DNA of 32,000 bases from Promethearchaeia archaeon (lineage in GTDB: Archaea; Asgardarchaeota; Lokiarchaeia; Sigyniarchaeales; SOKP01): contig JAWOFX010000061.1 in NCBI GenBank assembly GCA_046497275.1, positions 69,900-101,899 of the forward strand. The letters run 5' to 3'. Shown piece after piece: positions 1 to 9,273 of this stretch (position 1 is its first letter; each line of letters begins with the position of its first letter). The position numbers were made by a program, and so were the translations under genes. The notes under the pieces were generated by a model. It ran no database searches. It was not told the DNA's origin and was given only the letters and a program-made list of their open reading frames with translations.

Positions 1-2
1 AA

Positions 3-254
3 CAAACAACAGCAAAAATAGTTTATATCGGATTTGGAGGAATTGGCTTGGGTGGTATAATATGGTTTATTATTGGGTATATATTTGTAGCCGCCCCTTG
101 GGCTCCTTTGAGAATTTTACCCCCTGTCTTAAGAGGGCGAATCTTTCTATCTATTCTATTTGGTTCGTGGGGATTGGGTGCGTTAATTGGGTATTTTTTA
201 GGCAAAAAAAGAAACTGGAAAACAATTTTTACTGAACAAGTCAATAATGAATAA
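3..254 (+). CDS. Membrane protein, 3' fragment (open at left window edge)
   Basis: Frame has no stop from position 3 (QTTAKIVYIGFGGIGLGGIIWFIIG...) to the stop at 252-254. Hydrophobic Gly-rich helices and a basic tail. The start lies outside the window. Confidence 0.7.
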   Translation, partial: QTTAKIVYIGFGGIGLGGIIWFIIGYIFVAAPWAPLRILPPVLRGRIFLSILFGSWGLGALIGYFLGKKRNWKTIFTEQVNNE

Positions 255-487
255 TTAATATTTGTAAAAATAATTCTGGTACGATAAATAGTATTAAAAC
301 ACAAGATATCATAACTTTAGAATTATTACTAACTTCATATCTCATAATCATATTAATTTAAAGCTTTTTGAGTTTATAAAAAGAAAATGATGGATTTCAA
401 TATTTATCTTCATATATCAAAATAAGAATTAAAATTATCTAATATCCCATATTTTGATTTTCTTATTATAGGTATGAAGGTAAATAA

Positions 488-561
488 TGGGAGAGACGGG
501 ATTCGAACCCGCGACCTCTCAGCCCCCAGCCGAGAATCATACCAAGCTAGACTACCCTCCC
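488..561 (-). tRNA. tRNA-Pro(GGG)
   Basis: Minus strand GGGAGGG-TA-GTCTAGCTTGGTATGAT-T-CTCGG-CTGGGGG-CTGAG-AGGTC-GCGGG-TTCGAAT-CCCGT-CTCTCCC-A folds as a cloverleaf. Anticodon GGG, G37, no encoded CCA. Confidence 0.96.
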
Positions 562-813
562 ATTTTTTTCTATATGATTGGAAATCTTTTTTATTGATAG
601 ATCTAAGAACATTCCTTGTTTTTTTAATTTTTTCTAACTGGAAAAACTACGAAAAAAAGGAAGTATCACCCTACTATTATCTGGATATATATCTTTGATC
701 CAGAAACATCTATTTCACGAAGAATTTTTTTTAGATTAATGAAAATATTTTAAAGTAAAAAGACCATTTTATCAAATCAATACTATTAAAAATTTATAAT
801 AGGTTAAGAGAAA

Positions 814-1464
814 ATGGTTTTTCAAGTTTTTCAAACACCAACAGAAGATGCATTAGGTATCCTAAGAGTGCCCGATAATTTCAATTTCTATGTAATTTTT
901 CTTTTAGTCGCTGTGCTATATATTTACTTCAATGAAATGAATAAAACAAATTGGAATGGAATAGCTGCGGGGTTAATGCTTTATACAATTCATTGGTTTG
1001 TGGAGATTATCAACGGAATTATTCAATTTTTTTCAGGGTATGCTTTATGGACAATCCCCACCGGTACTGCATATTTAATTCTAATAGGTTTAGGTGTAGA
1101 ATTAAATTTAATGTTTGCTATAGCAGGTTTAGCAACAAGTAAACTATTGCCAGAGGATCGAAGTGAGAAAGTATTTGGTATTCCTAAAATGCTATTAATT
1201 GGAATAGGAAATGCGGCATTAGCGTCTATAATAGAGATTTTCCTAATTATGACTCCAGCATTTGTATGGATATATCCTTGGTGGAATGCGTTGACGGTTT
1301 TTATCTTTGTCTATATCCCATTTTTTGTAGGAGCTGCGTACGCATATTATTGGGAACCAAAAAAGCAAAAGTTAATTATTGGGGGATTAGCTGTTATAGA
1401 TGTAATCCTTATTTTAATATTTGCTGTTATTTTACCCGCCATTTTAGGTACTACAGTAATCTAA
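814..1464 (+). CDS. Conserved hypothetical multi-pass membrane protein (about 6-7 TM)
   Basis: 216-aa ORF with several hydrophobic segments and acidic residues inside helices (HWFVEI, GVELNL, IIEIFL). No named family recognised. Confidence 0.75.
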   Translation: MVFQVFQTPTEDALGILRVPDNFNFYVIFLLVAVLYIYFNEMNKTNWNGIAAGLMLYTIHWFVEIINGIIQFFSGYALWTIPTGTAYLILIGLGVELNLMFAIAGLATSKLLPEDRSEKVFGIPKMLLIGIGNAALASIIEIFLIMTPAFVWIYPWWNALTVFIFVYIPFFVGAAYAYYWEPKKQKLIIGGLAVIDVILILIFAVILPAILGTTVI

Positions 1465-1606
1465 ACCTTAACTCTTTTTATTTTATTATTTATTTTTCCT
1501 TAGAATTAAGAAAATTGAACAAATTTCAAGAATCCGTCTTTATTTTATAAAGGAAATACTTTTTAGATTAAATAGAAGTATATAACTAATAGAATTAAAT
1601 AGTTAG

Positions 1607-2443
1607 GTGAAAAAAATAGAACTAACCATCAATTCCACAATAGAATTAAACAATGGTCTTGAAATGTTTCGATTTGGGCTTGGTACATGGAAATTAAAAC
1701 GGAGTTCTGTCGTAGATCCTGTTAAATGGGCTCTCAGCGAAGGATATAGATTAATAGATACTGCTACATTTTACAAAAATGAAAAATATATTGGGCAAGC
1801 CATAAAAGAGAGTGAGATTCCAAGGGAAGAGCTATTCATCACATCTAAAGTCTGGGATACAGATCAAGGATATAACAGTACATTAAAAGCGTTTGAAAAA
1901 AGTCTTGAAAATTTAGATACTGACTATTTAGATTTATATTTGATTCACTGGCCACGAAAAAAACGGAATGAGACGTGGGAAGCTTTAGAAAAATTATATT
2001 CTGAGGGCAAGGTAAAAGCGATAGGAGTAGCGAATTTTGCCGTTCATCATTTGAAAGAATTAATAGAGAATTATGAGGTAGTTCCAGCAGTAAATCAGTT
2101 TGAACTCCATCCTTTTGATTATTCCGATGAAAAGGATTTGATTGATTTTTGTAGAAAAAATAATATTGCAGTGGAGGCATATAGCCCTCTTACACACGGA
2201 AGAAAACTTAACCATGCAAAATTAAAAGAAATTGCAGGGAGATATAATAAATCAACTGCTCAGGTCTTAATTCGCTGGAGTTTGCAACATGATTTTATTT
2301 GCATACCAAAATCTGGAAGTGAAGCGCATATCATAGAAAATGCCAATGTATTTGATTTTGAATTATCTGATGATGATATGAAAGAAATAAATACTATTAA
2401 AGAAGATTTTAGATTATTAAATGACACCAGTAAATGGAATTAA
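1607..2443 (+). CDS. Aldo/keto reductase (AKR5/2,5-DKG reductase-like), copy 1
   Basis: GLGTW, IDTA (Asp), FYKNE (Tyr), ITSKVW (Lys), LYLIHWP (His) tetrad, IGVANF, IPKS. GTG start. Confidence 0.95.
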   Translation: MKKIELTINSTIELNNGLEMFRFGLGTWKLKRSSVVDPVKWALSEGYRLIDTATFYKNEKYIGQAIKESEIPREELFITSKVWDTDQGYNSTLKAFEKSLENLDTDYLDLYLIHWPRKKRNETWEALEKLYSEGKVKAIGVANFAVHHLKELIENYEVVPAVNQFELHPFDYSDEKDLIDFCRKNNIAVEAYSPLTHGRKLNHAKLKEIAGRYNKSTAQVLIRWSLQHDFICIPKSGSEAHIIENANVFDFELSDDDMKEINTIKEDFRLLNDTSKWN

Positions 2444-2480
2444 AATATAATCATAATTAAAACATAGAGGAATAATTTCA

Positions 2481-3299
2481 ATGAATTTGAGTATAAATTC
2501 AACCTGGAAACTTAATAATGGAGTTAAAATTCCAGTAATGGGTTTCGGAACATGGGGGTTAGAAGGCAAAACAGCTATTAATGCAACTAGGTGGGCTATT
2601 GAAACAGGATACCGATTAATTGACACTGCATTTATTTATGGAAATGAGGTAGAAGTAGGAAAAGCGATAAAAGCAAGTGAAGTGCCTCGTGAGGAGATTT
2701 TTCTTACAACTAAAGTCTGGCAAACAGATATGAGATATAAAAAGACATTTAAATCTTTTGAAAGGAGCTTAAAAAATTTGGATACTGACTATTTAGATTT
2801 ATTTTTGATACATTGGCCGAGGGAAAAGCGTTTAGAAACATGGCGTGCCATGGAAAAAATATATGAAGAGGGGAAAGTAAAATCGATCGGAGTGAGTAAT
2901 TTTACGATTTCAAATCTCAAAGAACTCTTAAGTCATTCAGAAACCATACCAGTAGTCAATCAAGTGGAATTTTCTCCTTTTCTGTACCAAAAGGATTTGT
3001 TAGACTTTTGCCATCAGCATAAAATACAATTGGAAGCATACAGCCCCTTAACGAGGGCTAATAAGTTAAACAATCCGGTTATTAAAGATATTTCTGATAA
3101 ATATAAAAAATCTACCGCACAGATTTTATTAAGATGGGCTCTCCAACATCAAATAATAGCGATTCCCAAATCAAGCAGTAAGAAACATATCGGGGAAAAT
3201 GCGAATATTTTTGATTTTGTAATCGAGGAGGCAGATATGGAAAAACTTGATAAATTAGATGAGGGTTTTAGAGTTGTAGAAGATACCATCTTTAACTAG
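2481..3299 (+). CDS. Aldo/keto reductase (AKR5-like), copy 2, tandem paralog
   Basis: GFGTW, IDTA, IYGNE, LTTKVW, LFLIHWP, IGVSNF, IPKS. Collinear with 1607..2443. Confidence 0.95.
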   Translation: MNLSINSTWKLNNGVKIPVMGFGTWGLEGKTAINATRWAIETGYRLIDTAFIYGNEVEVGKAIKASEVPREEIFLTTKVWQTDMRYKKTFKSFERSLKNLDTDYLDLFLIHWPREKRLETWRAMEKIYEEGKVKSIGVSNFTISNLKELLSHSETIPVVNQVEFSPFLYQKDLLDFCHQHKIQLEAYSPLTRANKLNNPVIKDISDKYKKSTAQILLRWALQHQIIAIPKSSSKKHIGENANIFDFVIEEADMEKLDKLDEGFRVVEDTIFN

Positions 3300-3486
3300 A
3301 ATATTTTATCTTAGTTTTGTAACATTTCAATATTATATCATTTTTTTTTTAATGTTTTAGCAAGGTAAAAATAGAAAAGATTTATTATTAATATTTTATT
3401 AAATAGAACTTAGATATTTAAGAATATATTTAAATAAAAATAGACTTAAATTTATAGAATAAATAATTAGATAAGAGGGAAAGAAT

Positions 3487-3999
3487 TTGACAGAAGAACC
3501 TAGTGAACCACCTAAAGAACCTAAAAAACCTAAGCCAGAATCTAGTTCCGCATGGGATTCTCTTGAAGAACCAGTAACCTGGATTGGGAAATTAGCATGG
3601 ATTTTTTTATTAGTTGCTGCTATTCTTGAAATTCTTTTGGCTATTTTGAATATTGCAAGACAAGTGGCTACCAATGCAAGATTAGCTTCTCTCATACCAG
3701 GTTATACACCAACTTATAGTCTAGGATTTCCTATTTGGCAAATTATAGGTGGTGTTATCTCATTACTATTTTCTATTATTATCGTTAGACCTAGATTTTC
3801 TAAAAAATGTGGTGAGAAAGATTGGGATTTCTTATTAAATGATGTTTTGAAATTAGGAGATTTCAGATTTCCATGGATGTTTGTTTGGGCTATTATCGCC
3901 ACAATTTTTGGATGGTATTGGGGTGGAGCTGCAATTTGGTTTCCCGCTATAATTTTAGTTGTTGCGGGACCTAAACCATATAAATGGACAGAAGAATAA
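3487..3999 (+). CDS. Hypothetical membrane protein (about 4 TM) with Pro/Glu/Lys-rich N-terminus
   Basis: 170-aa ORF, TTG start, hydrophobic Trp-rich helices, followed by a T-tract. Confidence 0.75.
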   Translation: MTEEPSEPPKEPKKPKPESSSAWDSLEEPVTWIGKLAWIFLLVAAILEILLAILNIARQVATNARLASLIPGYTPTYSLGFPIWQIIGGVISLLFSIIIVRPRFSKKCGEKDWDFLLNDVLKLGDFRFPWMFVWAIIATIFGWYWGGAAIWFPAIILVVAGPKPYKWTEE

Positions 4000-4004
4000 A
4001 TCTG

Positions 4005-4017
4005 TTTTTTTTTTTTT
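4005..4017 (+). terminator. Oligo-T archaeal intrinsic terminator (putative)
   Basis: T13 run starting 6 nt after the stop of 3487..3999, in a convergent intergenic region. Confidence 0.55.
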
Positions 4018-4067
4018 AATTTTCTAAGGATCGCTTAAATTCTTTTAATTAGAAGCATTAGATATTA

Positions 4068-4940
4068 TTATTCTAATAGACTATATGCTAAAACCAAAGC
4101 GCCATATATTTCATTTAAATTTCCAACTCTGGAAGTGTCAACCAAAATTCTGTCCAAACCCATATAAACAGCACCATATGCTTTTCCAGATCCTAAATGT
4201 ACTAAAGTTCTGTAAATAAGATTACCTGAGATTCCTTCAGGAGCCAAAATTAAATTTGAATTATTTTCTATTGCACTTTCTATAAGGATCTCATCGTGAG
4301 ATATCATTATATCAGGATACATTTCTTTAAAATGTTTTACTACTTCTTTAGCTTCCTTAATCGTTTGATCAACATGTTCATCTCGTCCTAGGTCACCCTC
4401 TCTTCCTCCACTTAAAATACTAATTTGGGGATAAATTCCAAACGATTTCAGCTGGTCTATCGCAAGGTTAATAAAATCTAACTTTGAAGGTAAATCATTA
4501 CATTCATCGATCCCAACCGGACCATAAAAAAACTGACTTCCACTATGAGTTTCTAATAAAGCGAGTCTTTGAACTTTTTTAACATTAAACTGCTCTTTTA
4601 CTAATTTTAAAAATTTAGATGAACTTAGAGATCCTCTGATAATCGTATTTATTTTATAATGATCAAGGTAATCGAATATGGTTTTTGTAGGCTCTTCAGA
4701 CTCAATTAAAATAATTTTTTCTCTGTTTTTCTCATAACTTGAATTATCTGAAATTAAATCAATAGATTTCTTTGTTCCAAATAAATAAATTTTTAAAAAT
4801 TCATTATCTTTGAATTGATTCAAAAACTTAATTGTTGCATAAAATATTTTGTTATTATGATATTCTGAATCGCCTAATCCAATACCTATATTAGCTACTT
4901 TATCCATTGAACCCGTTTTTATTTTATTTAAAATACTCAT
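4068..4940 (-). CDS. mtxX: MtxX / methanogenesis marker protein 4-like (phosphate acyltransferase-like fold)
   Basis: Motifs IIRGSLSSS, RLALLE, FYGPVGIDE, LSGGREGDLGRD, ILIESAI, LAPEGISGNLIYRTL and VDTSR match my recollection of the MtxX/marker-4 family. Confidence 0.8.
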   Translation of the reverse strand: MSILNKIKTGSMDKVANIGIGLGDSEYHNNKIFYATIKFLNQFKDNEFLKIYLFGTKKSIDLISDNSSYEKNREKIILIESEEPTKTIFDYLDHYKINTIIRGSLSSSKFLKLVKEQFNVKKVQRLALLETHSGSQFFYGPVGIDECNDLPSKLDFINLAIDQLKSFGIYPQISILSGGREGDLGRDEHVDQTIKEAKEVVKHFKEMYPDIMISHDEILIESAIENNSNLILAPEGISGNLIYRTLVHLGSGKAYGAVYMGLDRILVDTSRVGNLNEIYGALVLAYSLLE

Positions 4941-4959
4941 AGACGCATTCTACCTTTTC

Positions 4960-6102
4960 TTACTTATTTTCAATTTTTTTTAATATGTAATAACTAATAA
5001 ATGATATTATCATTAATAATATAATAATTAAGATGTAAGTACTTAATGCTTTGTAGGTTCCATTATAAAATAAAAATCCAAAAATAACCGTAATGGAGTT
5101 ATAAACTCCGTGAAGGGTTATTGGAGCAGTTAAATTTTCATTTCTGGTGTGAAATAAATAACCTAGTAATATAGAAATTGCAAAATAAGGGAAGAACATT
5201 AAAATAAGATTAATAATAAATGAAATTGGTGATATAAGTATTAAAATAAATGTAGCTGGTAAGTGCATACCTGTAAAAATTAAAGCAGTTATAAATAAAC
5301 CTGCTTTATCTCCTACATTTCTAACCAATCCTTTTTGCATATAACCACGAAAAGCTATTTCTTCAGAAGGTCCAACAATCGCAAGCATAACTATTACTAA
5401 TAAAATAATTTCTATCAAGTTTGCTGAACCAGTAGGATCTATTTGGCTACTAGAGTCTACTGAAACGTTTGGGAAGAGATTTACAATAAATTCTAAAAAA
5501 AGTGAAATAAAATTAACCATAAAGAAAGCCACCACAGCAAAAGCTAATCCTAATATTATTTCTTTGATAATTTTAACCTTAGATCGATTATTAATGGGAA
5601 TTCCCAAAATTCCAAATCGATTTCTTAGACTTGGTTTTTTCAAGTAACTTCCCGCTGATATTAAAGGAATAATGATGAAGATAAGTTCAGTGAATGAAGC
5701 TAATATCAAAAATGTCGTAGAGTTGAGGAAATTCTCAATAATTTCGATATCTGGCATCCCTATTGCGAAAAAAACTAGAAGAAATGTAATAGCTGTGACT
5801 ATTCCTTGCATAATAGTAAAAGCAAGAAGAGGAAATAAGATAGCGGGTGGATTTTCCCATAATGGCTTCTTGACATTCTTAGAAATTTCTTCCTCTGTTA
5901 ATTTTTTTTCAGAAATTTTATATTCCGTACGTGCTATCTTTCCAATAGTCCCTTTTTGTTTTAAAGCCTTAAGATTTGATCCACAATAAGGACAGAAAGT
6001 AATATGATCTACATTATGAAGAAATTCTTTTCCACAATATGGACAAAAGCGCCATTTAGAACCAATATCTTCTATATTATTATTTAAATCTTGATCGCTC
6101 AT
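4960..6102 (-). CDS. CPBP family (type II CAAX/Rce1/Abi-like) intramembrane protease with N-terminal zinc ribbon
   Basis: EEIAFRG (EExxxR), FTGMH (FxxxH), HGVYN (HxxxN), multiple TMs. N-terminal CPYCG-x13-CPYCG. Confidence 0.9.
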   Translation of the reverse strand: MSDQDLNNNIEDIGSKWRFCPYCGKEFLHNVDHITFCPYCGSNLKALKQKGTIGKIARTEYKISEKKLTEEEISKNVKKPLWENPPAILFPLLAFTIMQGIVTAITFLLVFFAIGMPDIEIIENFLNSTTFLILASFTELIFIIIPLISAGSYLKKPSLRNRFGILGIPINNRSKVKIIKEIILGLAFAVVAFFMVNFISLFLEFIVNLFPNVSVDSSSQIDPTGSANLIEIILLVIVMLAIVGPSEEIAFRGYMQKGLVRNVGDKAGLFITALIFTGMHLPATFILILISPISFIINLILMFFPYFAISILLGYLFHTRNENLTAPITLHGVYNSITVIFGFLFYNGTYKALSTYILIIILLMIISFISYYILKKIENK

Positions 6103-6249
6103 CTTATATTATAAAAAAATCTATAATTTATGAATAACTGTCTTTTTAAAATTAATATCCGAAGAAATTTAAAAATGTCGGAATTAAAACCCTTTTTGTG
6201 AAATATTATTAAACAAAGTATGTAGATGAGAAAATTTAAAGTTAAGAAA

Positions 6250-8016
6250 TTAATGAGTAAAATAACATAGTAAACTATTTCCTTCAAATTTTATAGGATT
6301 CACGAATCCATATCTCTCAAATTGAATAGTTTTTCTCAGAGGAATGTCTTTTAAATTAATTTCTCCATAACCATTAGAATAAGTTCCATCAGGTTTTAAT
6401 ATAGATACATCAATTTTTTGTTGTTCGGGAACCCATTGTATTATTGAATATTCTCTATTCAATTCTTTGCTGTGATAATCCGCTTGAATAAATTTATTGG
6501 GCTTATCAATAATTTTGATTTCTATATTCATCAAATCCTTTAATCTTATAATATCATCTACAGAAAGATTCTTTACGTCTTCATTAGAAATGTAAATGAT
6601 TATTTTACCCTCGTTAATTTCACAATGAATTTCTCTTATTCCCTTTTCTGGTTTTGTGGGTAAAAGAAGAGGTTTAGCCGTAATCTTATCAAGAGGAATA
6701 TTTATTATCTCAATTTTTATAGGATCTTCCACAAAGAAATATCTATTAGAGATATGATCAATTAATTCCTGATTCTTTGAGTAAAGCCAATTCACCGAAA
6801 AAGTGATTCCGGACAGAGACATACCTAAATCTAATAAAGTTTTTCGAACAGCTTGTGGTTGAAAGCCTCTTTTTTTTAAGGATTGAAGACTCCATGTTCT
6901 AGGATCATCCCAGCCCTCATATTCACCAAGTTCAATTTTATTTCGCGCATCTGTCTTACTTAATTTCATATCTGGAAAATTAATACGACCATAATGAAGA
7001 AATTGAGCTTTTTGCCATTCAAAATGATCCCAAATGAACTCTTCTATATAATCTTCTTTTATGAGATCAGATCCTCGTAAAATATGCGAAACTCCTATTA
7101 AATGATCATCTACCGCCCATGAGAATTCCAACATTGGCCATATTAAGTATTTTGTTCCTACTCTGGGATGGCTTGCTTCCGATATTCTCATAATGATTTG
7201 ATCTCTAAGGGCGGGATCTTTATGATTCATGCCTGTTTTTAACCTTATAACAGCATCTCTTTCTTTATAGTCCCCTTTTAACATTTTCTGCCATTCTTGG
7301 ATATTTTTCTCAACCGAGTGATTCCTATGTGGACAATCACGCTTTTGTTTTTTGAATTTTTCTCTAAATTCAGCAGCAGAACAAAAACACACATAAGCAA
7401 AATTATCTTTTATCAATTTTGAACAATAGTCATAGTATATCTCTAGTCTATCACTTTTATAGTAAATTTTAGAGTATTTCACATCCAACCATTCCAATCC
7501 TTCTTTAATTAAATCATATGCTTCAGGCAACACATATTTTGCTTTCTCGGGTTGAGTTTCTCGTAATGATTTTGGACTACCGATGGTATCATCAAAGAAT
7601 AAGATAAGTTCTCCATCATTTTTCTTAACATATTCATCATTTAAAATCACCATGCGAGCATTGCCTAAATGTAAAGCTCCACTTGGATATGGTGCCATTC
7701 TCATAATTATGTTATCATATTTTTCTTTATTCGGAAGTTTAGGCAATTCCTTTTCCTCCTCTTCTTGATCTTCTTCTTTTAAAGCGTTGGGATCCATTTC
7801 CAAAAGTTTAGCTTTTTGTTCCTCTATGGTCAGTTCTTTAATCTTCTCTATTATATCATCTATTGTAGGCAAAACCTCTTGCGCATGAGGTCTAAGATCC
7901 TTTCTTTGGGCCATCAACTTTCCCATTATTGCTTTTTTATTAGGGATGCCTTCAAACTCAACAGAATTTTTTAATCCACTTTCCCATATGATTTTTTCAA
8001 CTTCTTCCTTATCCAT
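6250..8016 (-). CDS. gltX: Glutamate--tRNA ligase, archaeal type
   Basis: RMAPYPSGALHLGN (HIGH), Zn motif CFC...CPHR, DDHLIGVSHILRGSD, KLSKT (KMSKS), WDDPRTWSL, QFERYGF. ATG at 8016 (MDKEE) preferred over the 8025 start. Confidence 0.97.
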   Translation of the reverse strand: MDKEEVEKIIWESGLKNSVEFEGIPNKKAIMGKLMAQRKDLRPHAQEVLPTIDDIIEKIKELTIEEQKAKLLEMDPNALKEEDQEEEEKELPKLPNKEKYDNIIMRMAPYPSGALHLGNARMVILNDEYVKKNDGELILFFDDTIGSPKSLRETQPEKAKYVLPEAYDLIKEGLEWLDVKYSKIYYKSDRLEIYYDYCSKLIKDNFAYVCFCSAAEFREKFKKQKRDCPHRNHSVEKNIQEWQKMLKGDYKERDAVIRLKTGMNHKDPALRDQIIMRISEASHPRVGTKYLIWPMLEFSWAVDDHLIGVSHILRGSDLIKEDYIEEFIWDHFEWQKAQFLHYGRINFPDMKLSKTDARNKIELGEYEGWDDPRTWSLQSLKKRGFQPQAVRKTLLDLGMSLSGITFSVNWLYSKNQELIDHISNRYFFVEDPIKIEIINIPLDKITAKPLLLPTKPEKGIREIHCEINEGKIIIYISNEDVKNLSVDDIIRLKDLMNIEIKIIDKPNKFIQADYHSKELNREYSIIQWVPEQQKIDVSILKPDGTYSNGYGEINLKDIPLRKTIQFERYGFVNPIKFEGNSLLCYFTH

Positions 8017-8193
8017 TAATAACACAAATCTTTTTTTTATTTAAATTATAAATATTAAAAACGAGGTTAACATGAAATAATAATGTAGAGTCTCAAAAAA
8101 ATTAGATGTTTAGTAAGAATTTTAAATAAAATCAAACTAAGAAATATAAACACTTAAAACAATTTTAATTATTAACGATTGAGTTGATGTAAA

Positions 8194-8481
8194 ATGGGTT
8201 ATTATCGTGGATATATATTAATTCGTTTAAAAATGGTAGGAAAAGAATGGGATGTCGCAAATAAGTTAAAAGGGCTCAGCTCTAAAGAAGAGGGCGAGGA
8301 TTGGAGAATTACTTATTCCACTCCTATATATGGCGGATGGGATGTTATAGTTGAATGTTCCTTTTCTGATTTGAATGAATTGGACAAAATCGTGACATAT
8401 TGCCGCACGGATCCTGAATTAAGCGCTGCAATAGAAGAGACTACTACTTTAATGGGAACTAAAGACGATTATGATTTTTAA
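8194..8481 (+). CDS. Stand-alone Lrp/AsnC ligand-binding (RAM) domain protein
   Basis: 95 aa with YILI...V...L...IYGGWDVIVE...L..L..IV...I..TTTL pattern and no HTH. Confidence 0.8.
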   Translation: MGYYRGYILIRLKMVGKEWDVANKLKGLSSKEEGEDWRITYSTPIYGGWDVIVECSFSDLNELDKIVTYCRTDPELSAAIEETTTLMGTKDDYDF

Positions 8482-8580
8482 ATATTAAATTTTATTCTAT
8501 TAGACTTTTCTTTTTGTTTTTCCTTTAGAATAATTAAAATGATTGATCAGATATAGTTTCAAATAAGAAGGTAAAAGAAT

Positions 8581-9189
8581 ATGAATAAAAATTTATTTGA
8601 TGCTTTAAGATCCGTGTTCTTTGACCTAAATGATAATGATTTAATTGAAAATATTTCAAGTATTTTAGCCTATGTCTTAGAGAATAATAAAATTACTACA
8701 AGAATAATTCTGAATCTTTCAGACAAGAATTATGAAGACGTTTTATTTATACTTTTTGAGAAAAGACTTTTAATTCCAGAAAATTCTTACAGGGGACTTG
8801 AGTGGCAAGAGTGTAGATTTTCGCTTGACATGGATCAAACATACAGAATGCCGATAATAATAAAGAATTTAGTTAAATTTTCGATGAAATCAGGAATTTG
8901 GAATTTAGAAGAAGCTATATTACATACTTTCATAAAGATTGGTGATAAAAATTATAAGAAGATGCCAATCTTAGTTCATAAATTATATGAAAAATCAAAG
9001 AATTACAGAATTAAAGGTAAGAGGATAAGAGAAATTTGTATGGATTTAGGATTAGAAGAGAGAACAAGCGCTCTTATTTCTGAACTAAAAGGTGTCGGTA
9101 TAATGAGTCCTGAATTAAGCAGGTCTCTATTTTCATCTTTAAAAGAAAAAACTCCTATCTATGAATTAAATCCTTCTCTTTATCAGTAA
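8581..9189 (+). CDS. Hypothetical protein, possibly tandem winged-helix
   Basis: 202-aa ORF. Two halves end in similar helix-turn-strand patterns (LFEKRLLIP...YRMP; LKGVGIMSP...YELNP). Confidence 0.7.
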   Translation: MNKNLFDALRSVFFDLNDNDLIENISSILAYVLENNKITTRIILNLSDKNYEDVLFILFEKRLLIPENSYRGLEWQECRFSLDMDQTYRMPIIIKNLVKFSMKSGIWNLEEAILHTFIKIGDKNYKKMPILVHKLYEKSKNYRIKGKRIREICMDLGLEERTSALISELKGVGIMSPELSRSLFSSLKEKTPIYELNPSLYQ

Positions 9190-9273
9190 ATTGTATGAAA
9201 TTGACTAAAAAAGAATTTAATATAGAGAAATGATAATTCAAATCAATGATCAAAGTATTTTTCCAATAAAATT

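Noticed and set aside
23-304. 93-aa minus-strand ORF
   Set aside because: Antisense shadow of the plus-strand membrane-protein fragment that is open from the window edge.
474-698. 74-aa plus-strand ORF
   Set aside because: Runs antisense through tRNA-Pro and AT-rich intergenic DNA, with no protein-like features.
680-704. TCTGGAT-N11-ATCCAGA inverted repeat upstream of tRNA-Pro and 814..1464
   Set aside because: Single 7-bp-arm repeat with no second copy or context support; expected by chance.
3399-3902. Minus-strand ORFs 3399..3695 and 3714..3902
   Set aside because: Antisense to the better-supported 3487..3999 gene.
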